Shown here piece by piece: positions 48,548-61,974 of a stretch of DNA of 64,000 nucleotides (positions within the stretch are counted from its first letter, which is position 1; the number at the start of each line of letters is the position of its first letter). The stretch comes from Mobula birostris (Eukaryota): assembly GCF_030028105.1 (NCBI RefSeq), contig NC_092371.1, positions 126,945,343 to 127,009,342 on the forward strand, written 5' to 3'. The notes below the pieces were generated by a model. That model was not told the DNA's origin. It was given only the letters and a program-made list of their open reading frames with translations, and ran no database searches. A program made the translations under genes and the position numbers.

Positions 48548-50056
48548 TATAGCAAAATAAGATACGTATGGGTCAGATTCTTTTCATTGGCGGCCATTTT
48601 TTAACGTCAGATTTTTTTACTTCCCCATGCTCCGTTTCTGTCCAACTTTTGATATGTTCTTCCGTATGTCTGAAAGTACAAGAAATAACCATAAAACTTC
48701 CTTTGCAATTTTTTTGGGGTAGGGGTATTTTCACGCTATATTGACAGCATCAATCTCCAAGTTGGACAATTCACATCAAGCCTGTGTAAAAAGAGCTACT
48801 TTTTAATCAGGAGGGAGATTGGGATTTCAAAAGCAGAGTTTCGCGGCAGTTTCTCTGAGTTCAGAAGCGATCAATCAGCAAGAGGGATTTATTGGAAAGA
48901 GCCAATAAGAACAATTCAAGGGCAAGTGCAGCAGCCGTTCCTTTGGAATGTATTAGTGATTAGAGGGGCTTTGTCTCATCAGGTTTAGGTGAGATCAGGT
49001 TTGGGTGAGGTACATCATCTTGAAAGTCACTCTCTCTCGGTCCTAATTTGTTCATAGCTCATCTGTTAGGGCATAGTAAATTAGTGAGAATGACTCCGGG
49101 GGCAGTGTTTTGTACTCTACGTGGCATGTGGGAAGTCTGGGAGACTTTGTGAGCATTGCGTGCATCTCTTTCTCCATCAACATATTTACAGTTAGTGCTA
49201 GCGGAAGGGGAGGACGGGGGGGATTGTCATCAACGGGGTGTTACTCTTACCATCTTTCCCAACAATGGTCCAACCATCTTTTGTCTTCCTCCCACAAATG
49301 AGCTGATGCCAACTGGAAACCAGGGTTCTGGGGCTGGGTTGGTACCAACAGAGAGCATGATGTGTGCCCCTAGTGAAGGGCAAACCAGCTGTAACTGTCA
49401 GCACTTCGCTGAACCAGCCTGATCTGGGTATGGATGGGTAGAGTCATCTCAGAGCCAGCTAATACCAGACAAGGACTCACTCAGATGCCACAGTTTCTGG
49501 AAGTCTTGTCCCTCTGGCAGAAGAAAGAAAAAGCTAATTCACTGGCAAGTAATTAGACAATGACAGGGCCACTTACACAAGCATGAGAACCCGTTCCCAC
49601 CTGCTTCATTACCCTGTCTACCTCTGTCACCACTTACACACAACTCTGTACTTTACCCCTCCGTCTGTTGAACACCTATGTAGGTATGTCTGAATCCAGA
49701 ATATTTCCCTTGCTTACATCTGCTTCTGGTCTCCAGGTGACCAGAGTTTAAATCCTGTTGTGATGATGCATTTCATTGTGATGTGTCCCACTGGTATCAC
49801 AATGGCCATGTGCTGTTAGTGTTTGAACTGTCCCCGAGTGGTCACACCTCAACATCTCTGTACTTAGTAAAAGCCTTGGTCATTGGCTGTGTTACAACGA
49901 TGTGAAGAGGCTGAAAGGAGTAACTGGTTTTCATGGTAACCCTGGGTATGTGTGACCTTGTGAATGGTAGAGATGCAATTGTTCACTTCCACTGTCCCTT
50001 TATAGAGAGGAATAAATCTCAAAGTACATTTATTATTAAGGTATCTATAAATTATA

Positions 50057-51081
50057 GTATAGTTCTACATTTGAAAGACCTCTGCCTAGTCAGAGATCTG
50101 TACTGGGAACAAACTGCCGCTGTAAGAATAGATGGAGAGGAGAGTCAGTTTACGAAAATCAAGAGAGACATTAGACAAGGGTGTGTTTTCTCCAATAACT
50201 TAATTAATGTGTACAGTGAAACAATACTGCAAAAAATAAGAGACATCTTTGGAATCAAAGCTGGCGGTGAAAACATCAATAACTTCAGATATGCAGATGA
50301 CACTGTTAATTGCAAGTATGGAGGAAGAACTACAAAACTTAATTGATATAACTATTGAAGAAACTGCAAAAATCGGGGTCTATCTATCAATTGCAAAAAG
50401 ACAGAATGCATGGTGATATCCAAAAAGAAGGAGAATCCTACCTACAGGTTGAGAATAAACAGGGAAGACATAAAGAAAGTTAAGAATTTTTGCTACTTAG
50501 GAAGCTGGGTGACATCAGATGGCAGGTGCTACTTGGACATCAAAAGAAGAATAGGGATGGCAAAAGACACCTTTACCAGAATGAAGAGTACATTCTGATA
50601 AAGGTACTGAACTAAGGTGCCAATACTAAACTAGGCATAACAATCCGCCTCAGGGTACTGAAATGTTACGTATCCAATTATGTTATATGGCTCAGAATGT
50701 TGGACAATATCTAGTAACATAAGGGAATGAATTGATGCAGCAGAGATGTGGTTTTTGAAGAGGATGCAAAGAATATCACGGATGAAATGAATATCTAACG
50801 AGTATGTTATGAACAGAGCAAACACAAAAAGAGAAATAGTGTATGAGATCATGAAAAGGCAACGTAACTTCATTGGACGTGATTCAGAAAGAGGAGTTAG
50901 AATGCACGGTAATTATGGGAAAGATTGAAAGGAAGAAAGCAAGAGGAAAACAAAGACAAATGATGATGGAGACAACAGCCAGAGAACTGGAAATGAATAC
51001 CAATGAATTGACCCGAAACAGGAGTGTGTGGGCCATGGCAGTCAAAGCTCAAACTGGGCAGGGCACCTGATGATGATGATG
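50057..51081 (+). mobile_element. RTE (BovB-like) LINE 3' fragment
   Basis: RQGCVFS, NINNFRYADDT, FCYLGS..DIKRRIGMAKDTF; (TGA)n tail; TSD aattata. Confidence 0.9.
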
Positions 51082-53340
51082 AATTATACAACCTTGGGAT
51101 TCGTCTGCTTACAGGCAGCCACAAAACAAGAAACCCGAAAGAACCCAATTTTAAAAAGAGACTAACACCCAAAGTATGTAGAGAGAAAGATAAAAAATAC
51201 AAATCCTGCAAACAATAAGAACAAGCGACAACGTTCAAAGCGCCTAGATCAATCCAACCTCGCTCCCAGTTTAGGTGGACGGGTTCCGAAACTCCTCTGC
51301 ACCGACTCCGCTCTGATTCTCTCACTCCAAACATGTCTACGTTTCGAAAATGCTTCAACCTCACTCTGACAACATCTCCTCAAACACTCCAACTTTGTAT
51401 CACACCCCCATGGCTCAACCCGCAATTCAGACGCACCTTCACTCAACTCATTGTTAGTGGTGTCAATTTACCACAGATAAAGTGCTATTAATAAATTATT
51501 TTGTTGTATTTCTTGCCTATGAAATAGGGCCAATGTCAGTAGCACCATCTAGGTGGGTCAATATACTACATAACCCCCCAAAAATTGCAGAGAAACGTTT
51601 TATGATCCCTCTATTAAATTCAAAAAGACTTGGAGACCATTTATTCAACATTTCCATATGAAGTAATTTGACCTTTTCCAAACTTATTTCTTTGTAATAT
51701 TGGTTGAGAGGAACAGAGTCATCGAAACTAAGGTTTATTTATTTTTTTTTTTTTTTACGATGCTGCATAACAGCGTATGTCTTTTTTTTAGTTTAGTTGA
51801 TTAATACTGTTTAGATTAGCTTTTTTGGGGGGGAGGGTTACAGTTTTATTTTTTTTTCATGATTTTTTTCAGATACTCAGATATTTCAGATGAAAGTTTT
51901 AGCTCTCGCAACTTTCTTGCAGAGAATATTGTATCTGATAGATGCCAGGGAGTCGTTCTAATTTCCAATGAATAATGCCACCACTGCCCTACAGCTATTG
52001 GTTTCCACAACATCCTGACTATGCTTTTGGTGAACAGAACACTTTGGAACAGTCTCTAGCTCCCTTTTCTTTCCTGATGATTCTTTGGAACCCCGACTTC
52101 TGTCCGATCCCAAATACTCTGGAGGTTGAGTCGCATCCGGTAAAGGCATGGAGAAACAATAGATCATTACAAGCTGCTTCTCCGAGTATCTGCTGAAGGA
52201 GCTTGATATTATAGGTATTTGATTTCACCTTATCCGAGCGGAAATAGAGTTCAGTGCAGTTTGTTACCACTACACGGTAGAGCAAGAGTACGAGGAGATC
52301 TGTGCCTTCTCTAACGGGAGTGGTAGATGTGAAAGCAGACATTGTGATGGCTGCTTTTGCGATCTCAACATCGGCATCTCCTTCAGCTTGAATCACTTCG
52401 CAGCCTCTGTCACAAACTTTCCATTATGAGCTGGATAATTACGTGCTTGTTTGCCTCATTTGACAAGAAGTCTTCCTTTTTTTCCAACAAATTTTGTCAC
52501 CCCTGTAATGTTCACCTTGTTCGCATTCAAATTTCTACTTTGACACTGATGAGTACAATGCTTTATGCTTGGCCCAATCGCATAACCATCAAACACTACA
52601 GTGGCTCTGGCATAGTGTTTGACAGTGAGTGAGGCATAGTCATCTGAAATTGAACTGTAGGTGCACCCCTCTGTCCATTTTAAGCAGTGCAGAAGTGATC
52701 CCCCATCTAGAACATAGTGATCTCTCACTGGGACCGTCTGTGTGACAGCTTTGTCTGATTTGGAGGTGACATAGTTCTTTATCGCTTCTGCCAGTTGTGG
52801 CTTATCCAGCTGGCGCACAATGATCTTTGCTTCAAAGTAAGACATCAGATATGGGCAGAGTTCATAGTTCATCACTTCGTCTAGCCGAAGATCACCTGTC
52901 TGTGACACAACTAGGAACCTCTAGAATAACAATGCTGGATCTATGGTACGGTCTTCAGCAATTTTGACTGCCTTGCTGGATGCTGGTGTTTTGACCTTCG
53001 AACTGCTTTTGTGCAAATACAAGAAAACAGAGTGTCCGTCCACCTTCCTAACTTTGGCATTTCCTATTGCGAACAGGTCATGTACATTGACATCCTCATT
53101 TGCATCAACCCAGTGATGATGTTGTGCAATGATTTATCATCCGAAAATAGCGTGAAACAGTCCAGTTTTGCTGCGACTTTTTCCAAGGTCAGTCTCAGTC
53201 TCTACTCACTCTGGAGGTGGACAGCTCCTTATGTTGTTCACCTGTTGTGTAACTATTCGCGATCAGTTCTTGCATGGCAAGGTTGTAAGAGGATGGCACA
53301 GTGGAAGATATAGTCCAAACTGCTCTCTGGTGCTCTGACA

Positions 53341-54556
53341 TAGAGACATAGAAAATAGGTGCAGGATCAGGCCATTCGGCCCCTCGAGCCTGCACTGCCA
53401 TTCAGTATGATCATGGCTGATCATCCAACTCAGAACCCTGTACCTGCTTTCTCTCCATACCCCCTGATCCCTTTAGCCATAAGGGCTATATCTAACTCCC
53501 TCTTAAATATAGCTAATAAACTGGCCTCAACTGTTTCCTGTGGCAGAGAATTCCAGAGATTCACCACTCTCTTTCGGAAGAAGTTTTTCCTAATCTCGGT
53601 CCTAAAAGGCTTCCCCTTTATCCTCAAACTGTGACCCCTCTTTCTGGACTTCCCCAACATCGGGAACGATCTTCCTACACCTCGCCTGTCCAATCCCTTT
53701 AGAATTTAATACCTTTCAATGAGATCCCCCCCTCAATCTTCTCAATTCCAGACAGTATAAGCCTAGTCGATCCAGTCTTTCATCATATGAAAGCCCTGCC
53801 ATCCCAGGAATCAATCTGGTGAACCTTCTTTGTACTCCCTCTATGGCAAGAATGTCTTTCCTCAGATTTGGGGATCAAAACTGCATACAATACTCCAGGC
53901 ATGGTCTCACCAAGTCCTTGTACAACTGCAGTAGTACCTCCCTGCTCCTGTACTCAAATCCTCTTGCTATGAATGCTAGCATACCATTCGCCTTTTTCAC
54001 CACCCGCTGTACCTGCATGCCCACTTTCAATGACTGGTGTACAATGACACCCAGGTCTTGTTGCACCTCCCCTCTTCCTAATCGGCCACCATTCACATAA
54101 TCAATTCTCTATCCACATCAATACTATACCCCCAATACCATGTGCTTTAAGTTTGCACACTAATCTCCTGTGTGGGACCTTGTCAAAAGCCTTTTGAAAA
54201 TCCAAATATACCACATCCACTGGTTCTCCCCTATCCACTCTACTAGTTACATCCTCAAAAAATTCTATGAGATTTGTCAGACATTTGCTTTCACAAATCC
54301 ATGTTGACTTTGTCCGATGATTTCACAGCTTTCCAAATGTGCTGTTATCACATCTTTGATATCTGACTCTAGCATTTTCCTCACCACCGATGTTAGGCTT
54401 ACCGGTCTATAATTCCCCGGTTTCTCTCTCTCTACTTTTTTAAAAAGCGGGGTTACATTCGCCACCCTCCAATCCTCAGGAACTAATCCAGAATCTAAAG
54501 AGTTTTGAAAAATTATCACTAATGCATCCACTATTTCTTGGGTATTTCTTGGACAT
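53341..54556 (-). mobile_element. CR1 3' fragment inserted in Academ B
   Basis: NYRPVSLTSVV, SQHGF, YKDLVRPCLEYCMQF, RVVNLWNSLP; absent in copy A. Confidence 0.9.
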
Positions 54557-55195
54557 CCTTCTGTTAGGCCCCCTTGGCTTTTTAGTAAGCGCAATAGTCT
54601 GTTCTATCACAAGATAAGAGCCAAGGCCAGCCCAGTATTGGCTGCTGCGTCTGATTATGTGGAACCCAGACTGGAACTTCTGATAAACCTCAGGGTTGTC
54701 ATCCTCTAATGCATGCATCTTCTGCAGATAGAGACGAGCCGACTTCAGATAACTTGGATGGCCAGCGGCCGCGACTATTGGAAAGCAAGATGAGATGCAT
54801 CTCCCATGACCCCATTCGATCGGCCGCAACTCGGCCCTAGCAATCCCTACCATGTGCTGGTAGTTGACCCACAGTGTGCTGGTTTTGGACGCTCCCTGCC
54901 AATTCATCCTTTTTGACAGTTACAGTTTTGTCAATTCTGCGAATGCAATCTGATTTCAATGACGACTCTAAGTCAGTTGCACCAGTCACCATCAGTGTGT
55001 ACAGTCTCTCAAGTTCCTCCACTTGGTCTTGAAAACCATGGTCATCCTCCATGACTTTAGCAACAATCTGATACACCAGCATGACATCATGAAATAATAG
55101 TTCATAGTTGTGGTGATAAAACACACCTTGCGGGTATTCCCATTCACACTTTGTACCACAATTATGGCACTACCATTGTTAGAGAGAGTGAAGTA

Positions 55196-57871
55196 CAAGT
55201 GTGCGCTACTTAATGTCCATTCCGACAACGTCGATCGCATATACGTCCATAGTCCCGATAGGAGAACGTGCCCTAGTGGACGTAACCAATCTCGTGTATC
55301 GTGCATCTCTTGAGTGTAGTAGCATTACCTGATTTTCTTTAGAAAATATCACCGTAAAGTGCATCATGCCTTCTAAACGCAGCAAACCACTCCTAGTGAT
55401 AGCAGCAGCAAGAAGCAAAGGAAAAGTCTTGATTTGGAAGTGAAACAAAAGGTTATTAAACAATGTGAAGGTGGAAAACCAGTGCTAATGACATGGATTG
55501 AGGACCAAACACAAAAGAGAATCCCTCTCAGCACGCTGACATCCTCGCAGCATGGAGCTTCTTCGAAATGCTTGAAGAAAAAGCAGGACCAGACTACGAT
55601 ATCGAGTTTAGTGCTAGCTCTGGGTGGTTCAAGCACTTCAAGCAACATTTTTCACTGCACAATGTGAAAGTTAGTGGTGAGTCTGAGAGTTCTGATGTAT
55701 GTCTTATAGTGCAGACTATACAGTTTTAATGTAAGTTCTTGGCGATTTACTCAATACAGGTACACTACAGCAGAGGTCCCCAACCACTGGGCCGCAAAGC
55801 ACGTGCTACCGGGCTGCTAGGAAACGATATGATTTGGTGATATGAAACAATATGAGTCAGCTGCACCTTTCCTCATTCTCTGTCATGCCCACTGTTGAAC
55901 TTCAACGCACGCGAGGTCATTTCATCAGTCGGTCATTAACCTGCAACTACTCGATGAGTAAAAAACAAATGTCGCTTGAGAGTTTCTTTAGAAGAGATGG
56001 TAGGGGACATAAAAGGCCTAACGATGATGATAACACAGAGACAGCTGAGGCTGAGACTGCAAAAAAAAAGCTTCCTTCGACAGAAAATACAATGAGTCGT
56101 ACAAAAAATACGGCTTTATTGCGACCAGTGACTCACACGTTCCAAGCCCCCTGTGTGTGATATGTGGAGACAAGCTGTCTAATGAGGCAATGAATCTCTC
56201 AAAACCGCTTCGGAACCTTGAGTCCAAGCACGCTGCACTTAAAAGACAAACCTGTTGAGTTTTTTGAGCAGAAAAATGCGAGCAAGCGGATAGAAGCAAG
56301 TGCTGAGAGCCACCACCTCCACAAATGCTGCTGCTCTAAGAACGTCGTACTTAGTGGCTAGCAGTATTGCGAAGGCTAAGAAGTCTATCACTGTTGGTGA
56401 AGAATTGATTCTGCCTGCTGTCAAGGACATGTGCCATGAACTGATTGGGAGAAGCTGCAGCTAAGAAGATGGCACAGGTTTCTCTTTCAGCCACCACAGT
56501 TTCAAGGAGAATCGATGACATAGCGGAGGACATTGAAGCACAGCTGTTGGAATGGCTTAACCAGTCTGGCTTCACTACCCGAGTCAAAGAGGTTGCTCCT
56601 GAATGCCAGTCTACACACTGTGTCACACACAGGGAAATGTTGGCTAGCTGAAAAATGTCACTTGATCTTAACAGCGTGTTGAGTGATGTGGTTGAAGTTA
56701 TCTATCACATCAAAGCAAAAGCCCTGAACTCACATCTGTTTGAGCAGCTTTGCGAGGAAATGCATGCAGAGCACAACGCCTTCTCTTAAATACCAAAGTC
56801 AGGTGGCTATCAAGGGGGAGAGACCTGGCCAGGGTTTTTGAGATAAGAGCTGCAGCGATTACTTTCAAGAAAAAAGTCAGCACTGGCAGCACACATCAGT
56901 GACGAGGAGTGGACAGCAAAACTCGCTTATCTGTGTGACATCTTCAACCTGCTCAATGAACTCAGTTTGTCACTTCAGGGGAGAATGACGACCGTCTTCA
57001 AGTTGGCAGATAAAGTGTCTGCTTTCACAGCCAAACTGGAACTGTGGGGACGGTGAGTGCACAGGGGCATATTTGACATGTTCCCAACATTAGCGGGGAT
57101 GTCAGGAGAGACTGAGGCTGCACCATCCTCCTCACAGCTGGTGCGCGATCATCTATCTTCGCTGTCAACAGAATTCGAGCATTACTTCCCAACCGCAAAT
57201 GTGGGACGAGAAAAGGAATGGGTCCATGACCCATTTGTGAATGTCCCCGGTGAATCATCCATGTCAGCGCGGGAAGAAGATCAACCCCTCGAGCTTGCAA
57301 ATGACGGTGGGCTGAAAAGCATTTTTGCCATAACATCTCTGCTGGCATTCTGGATCAAAGTCAAGGCTAAATATCCTGAGATAGCCACGAAAGCACTGAA
57401 AACGTTGCTTGCATTTCCAACATCATATCTCTGCGAAGCGGAGTTTTCTGCAATGAATGCAACGAAAACTAAATTGCGGAATAGATTGGACATAATGAAC
57501 CCTATTATAATTGACTTATCACTATATTCATGCGAGGAAAATATGCGCTGTGTGTTTAATATTAAATTCATTAGATAAACCCTTTTAGAAACAAAATTGA
57601 GTGTACAAGCCACTGATAAGTGACTTAAGGTTGACTTATCATCTGTACTCCGGTTGTGATTAACACCGCGCCCCCCCCTTCCCCGTCAGCTGGTCCCCAA
57701 GAATATTGTCAATATTAAACCGGTCTGCAGTGCAAATAAGGTTGGGGACCCCTGCACTACAGTATTCCATATAGCTTTGTTAAGTATAAAATATGGTGTT
57801 CGCACAACGTCCAAATCACATAACATCTGATTTCACAGAACATATCATGGACGTTAACCAACGTATAACTG
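55196..57871 (+). mobile_element. Tigger/pogo non-autonomous element inside Academ B (paralog of 46291-48547)
   Basis: TA|caagtgtgcg..gtataactg|TA; collinear with copy A. Confidence 0.8.
55771..57754 (+). mobile_element. hAT-Charlie (Buster-type) transposon, internally deleted
   Basis: TIRs cagaggtccccaacc / ggttggggacccctg; perfect 8-bp TSD cactacag; SLSATTVSRRI, HCVTHRE, FPTSYLCEAEFS. Confidence 0.95.
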
Positions 57872-58311
57872 TATAGCAAATAAGACAGGTATTGGTCAGA
57901 TTCTTTTCATTGGCGGCCATTTTTTAATGTCAGATGTTTTTTACTTTCCCATGTTCCGTTTCTGTCCAACTTTTGATATGTTTTTCCGTGTGTCTGAAAG
58001 TACAAGAAATGACCATAGAACTTTTTTTTGCAATTTTTTTGGGGCAGGGGTATTTTGGCGCTATATTGACAGCATTAATCTCTAAGTTGGACAACTCACA
58101 TCAAGCCTGTGTAAAAAGAGCTATATTTTAATCAGGAGGGCGACTGAGATGTCAAAGGCAGAGTTTCACAGCAGTTCCTTGAGTTCAGAAGCGATCAATC
58201 AGCAAGAGGGATTTATTGGAAAGAGCCAATAAGAACAATTCAAGGGCAAGTGCAGCAGCCATTCTTTTGGAATGTCTCAGTGTTTAGAGGGGCTTTGTCT
58301 CGTCAGATTTA

Positions 58312-61300
58312 CTTTTCTTTTTCAATCTTTTTATTAGTTTCATAAAAATAAACATAACATGGTAGTAGTACAAAGTTATTGGGAATACATTGTTATAATT
58401 AACATAAGTGATTATAAAGCCAGATAACACTTAAATGATAAAACTCCCAATCATAGAGGATATAAATGAATAATATAAAACAAAGAAAAATATCTAAAAA
58501 AAATCATGAAAAAGGAAAAAAAAATAACCCCTCCAAAAAAAACTAATCTGAACAGAATTAATCAACTAAACTAAAAAAAGACATGAGCTGTTTTGTAACA
58601 TTGTGAAAAGAAGAGAAAAAAGAACACTTTAGTGTTGACGACTCCATTCCTCTCAACCAACATTACATGGAAGTAAAATAAGTTTGGAAATGGTAAATTA
58701 CATCATATGAAAATGTCAAATAAATGGCCTCCAAGTCTTTTCGAATTTAATAGAGGGGTCATAAACACTTCTAATTTTTTCTAAATTTAAACACAACATA
58801 GTTTGAGAAAACCAATGAAATATGGTAGGAGGATTAATCTCTTTCCGATTCAGTAAAAAGGATCTTCTAGCCATTAAAGTAAAAAATACAATCATCCGAC
58901 AAGCTGAAGAGGTTAAGTGATTTGATTCTATCATTGGTAACCCAAAATTAGCAGTAATTGGGTGAGGTTGTAAGTCAATATTCAAAACCATTGGAATAAT
59001 ATCAAAAATATCTTTCCAATATTTTTTCAACAAAGGACATGACCAAAACATGTGAGTTAAAGAAGCTATCTCAGAATGACATCTATCACATACAGGTTTT
59101 ATATAAGAGTAATAACAAGATAATTTATCTTTGGACATATGAGCCCTGTGCACTGCTTTAAACTGTATCAACGCATGTTTAGCACATATAGAGGATGAAT
59201 TAACGAATTGAAGAATTTTTTCCCATTTTTCAATCGGTACTGTAATCTTAAGTTCTCTTTCCCAATCAGTTTTAATTTTATTAGATATATCAGGACATAA
59301 ATTCATAAATATATTATAAATAATTGCTACAACACCTTTCTGAAAAAGATTTAAATCTAAAATTTTTTCCAAAATATCCATTGGATATAAATGTGGAAAA
59401 TTAGTAGAAACAGTTATTAAAAAGTTTCTAACCTGTAAATATCTAAAAAAGTGTAAATTATATTTATTAGATAGTTGTTCAAAGGACATAAAACAATTAT
59501 CCAAAAATTAATCACGAAATCGTGCTATACCTTTGATTTTCCAATCTAAATAAGCTTGATCCATAGTGAAGGCTGAAAAAAATAATTAGATATAATAGGA
59601 CTTGCTAAAATAAATTGGTTCAACCCAAAAAATTTTCAAAATTGAAACCATATACGTAAAGTATGTTTAACTACTAGGTTATTCATTTGTTTATACAATT
59701 TAGAAAGAATAAAAGGAAGCAAAGTCCCTAAAACAGAACCCATGAAAAACCTTGTAAAGAAATACATTCAAGATTTACCCAATATGGACTTGAAATTACA
59801 TCCATGTCTGTAACCAAAATTTTAAGTACCGAATGTTAATTGCCCAATAGTAAAATCCAAAATTCCGGAGCACTAACCCCCACTCTTTTTTAGATTTCTG
59901 TAAAGGCCTTTTACCTAACCTAGGGTTTTTGTTCTACCAAATATATGAGGAAATTTTTGAACCAACATTATCAAAAAAAGATTTTGGAATAAAAATTGGT
60001 ACCGATTGAAATACATATAAAAATATAGGCAAAATAATCATCTTGATAGCACTGATCTGATTGATCAGTGACAAAGACATTGGTGACCATTTAGTAAACA
60101 AAAGTTTAATCTGATCAATTAAAGGTAAAAAATTAGCTTTAAATAAATCTTCATGCTTTTTCGTGATTTTAACCTCTAAATTTATAAAAGAGTCAGCAAC
60201 CAATTTAAATGGTAAACATCCATAAATAGGAACCTGCTTATTTAGGGGAAATAATTCACTCTTATTAAGGTATTAACGAATTACTGAATAAGTCGGTTAG
60301 TCTTTTCAACTCTTTTATGACGGATTCCGGGATCTTAGAAACTTGGAGATTTCTACACCCAAAGGACAAAGAATTTTCATTCTTTTCACATGTTTATCAT
60401 TACTATTCTCGAATTGACTACTTTTTATTGACTCTCCATTAATTCCATCTGTAATTGATTGCAATTATGACATTATCGGCATTTCAGATCATGCTCCAAT
60501 GAAACTTTCTACTAAGTTACTGGATACTTTTTCTACTAATAGACAATGGCGATTTAATTCTAATTTCCTTCAAGACTTGGACGTTGTTAAGTTTATGAAG
60601 GAACAGACTGATTTCTTCTTTTCAATATTACGGAAGAATTTTCCAACGGAACAGTATGGGATGCTTTTAAAATTTATATTCGCGGACAGATCATTTCCTA
60701 CTCTGTTGGTTTGAAAAATCATACTAAGAATGCAATATTTTTGTTGGTTGATAAAATTTAAAAAATTGATAAAAAAAATATGCTATTGCTCCTAGCAAGG
60801 AGCTTCATAAACAGAGAGTTGAACTCCAAATGGAACATAGTTTACTATTAACATCCTCGATTGAAAATCAATTAATGAAAACTAGAAATGAATTTTATAT
60901 TTACAGTGATAAATCAGGTAAATTATTAGCTAATCAATTGAAATCTACTTCGGTTAAACGTCAAATTACTAAAATCCGTAAATATGATGATACTTTGACA
61001 GTTGATCATGACGAGATAAACAAAACTTTGCAAGAATTTTATACCTCTTTATACCATTCTGACATTCCTCATGATTTTAACATCATACATGATTTTCTAA
61101 GAAAATTGAATTTTCCAAAATTATCACCTGAAGACTATTTAATATTAGAAACTCCTATTACAGAGGAAAAAAATAACAGCTGTAATCTCACCAATGAATT
61201 CCGGTAAAGCACCTGGTCCGGATGGTTTTACATGGAATTTTTTTACTCTTTTTCCTCTATTCTCTCTCATTGGTTGTTTAGAATATTCAAAGAAGCAATC

Positions 61301-61964
61301 AGTTTAGGTAGATTACCACAATCATTTTATGAAGCTTCTATTTATTTAATTCTTAAAAAGAATAAAGATCCTACTGATTGTGCATCATATAGTCTGCTAT
61401 CTCTTTTGAATGTAGATTCAAAAATTTTTGCAACTAGGCTAGAGAAGGTATTACCTCAAGTTATCTCTGTGGACCAAACAGGATTTATTAAAAACTGTTA
61501 TTCATCTCTTAATATCAGGAGGTTAATGAATATTGTTTATACCCCTTCACTTGACACTCTGAAATGTATTATTTCATTAGATGCTGGGAAAGCTTTTGAT
61601 AGAGTTAAATGGCCATATTTATTTAGTGTGTTCGAAAAATTTAATTTTAGTCCGATATTTATATCCTGGATTAAATTGTTATATCATACCCCTGTAGCTT
61701 CGCTTTGTACTAATAATCAAAGATCTCCCATTTTTCGTCTATCTCACGGTACTAGGCAAGGATGCCCTCTTAGTACTTTATTATTTAATATTGCCCTTGA
61801 ACCTTTAGCAATTGCTATCCGAGACTCGCCCAACATTTTTGTTATTACCCGCGGAAATGAAATACATAAATTATTATATGCAGCTGATTTGTTATTATAT
61901 ATCTCTAATCTGGAGAAATCAATTCCTGGGCTCAATTTAGTAATTTTTCTGGTTATAAAGTCTA
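58312..61964 (-). mobile_element. L1 (Swimmer-like) insertion with 5' inversion: 3' part minus 58312-~60270, EN-RT part plus ~60271-61964
   Basis: TSD gtcagattta; ISDHAP, GKAPGPDGF, SLDAGKAFDRV, GTRQGCPLS on plus; CDRCHSEIASLTHMFWSCP on minus. Confidence 0.9.
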
Positions 61965-61974
61965 GTCAGATTTA

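Larger units (their letters stand above)
43371..48752 (-). mobile_element. Academ (AcademX-type) DNA transposon, copy A, internally deleted
   Basis: ~190-bp imperfect TIRs (taggcgggtcaatata.. / ..tatattgacagcatca), TSD atc/atc; encodes transposase, XPG-like nuclease and Cys-rich domain. Confidence 0.85.
51550..58077 (-). mobile_element. Academ (AcademX-type) DNA transposon, copy B
   Basis: atc|taggtgggtcaatata..tatattgacagcatta|atc; HAFTGCDSTS, VVFDGY, AAGHPSYLKSARLYLQ; Cys-rich end lost at an L1 3' fragment (~51604-51885). Confidence 0.85.
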
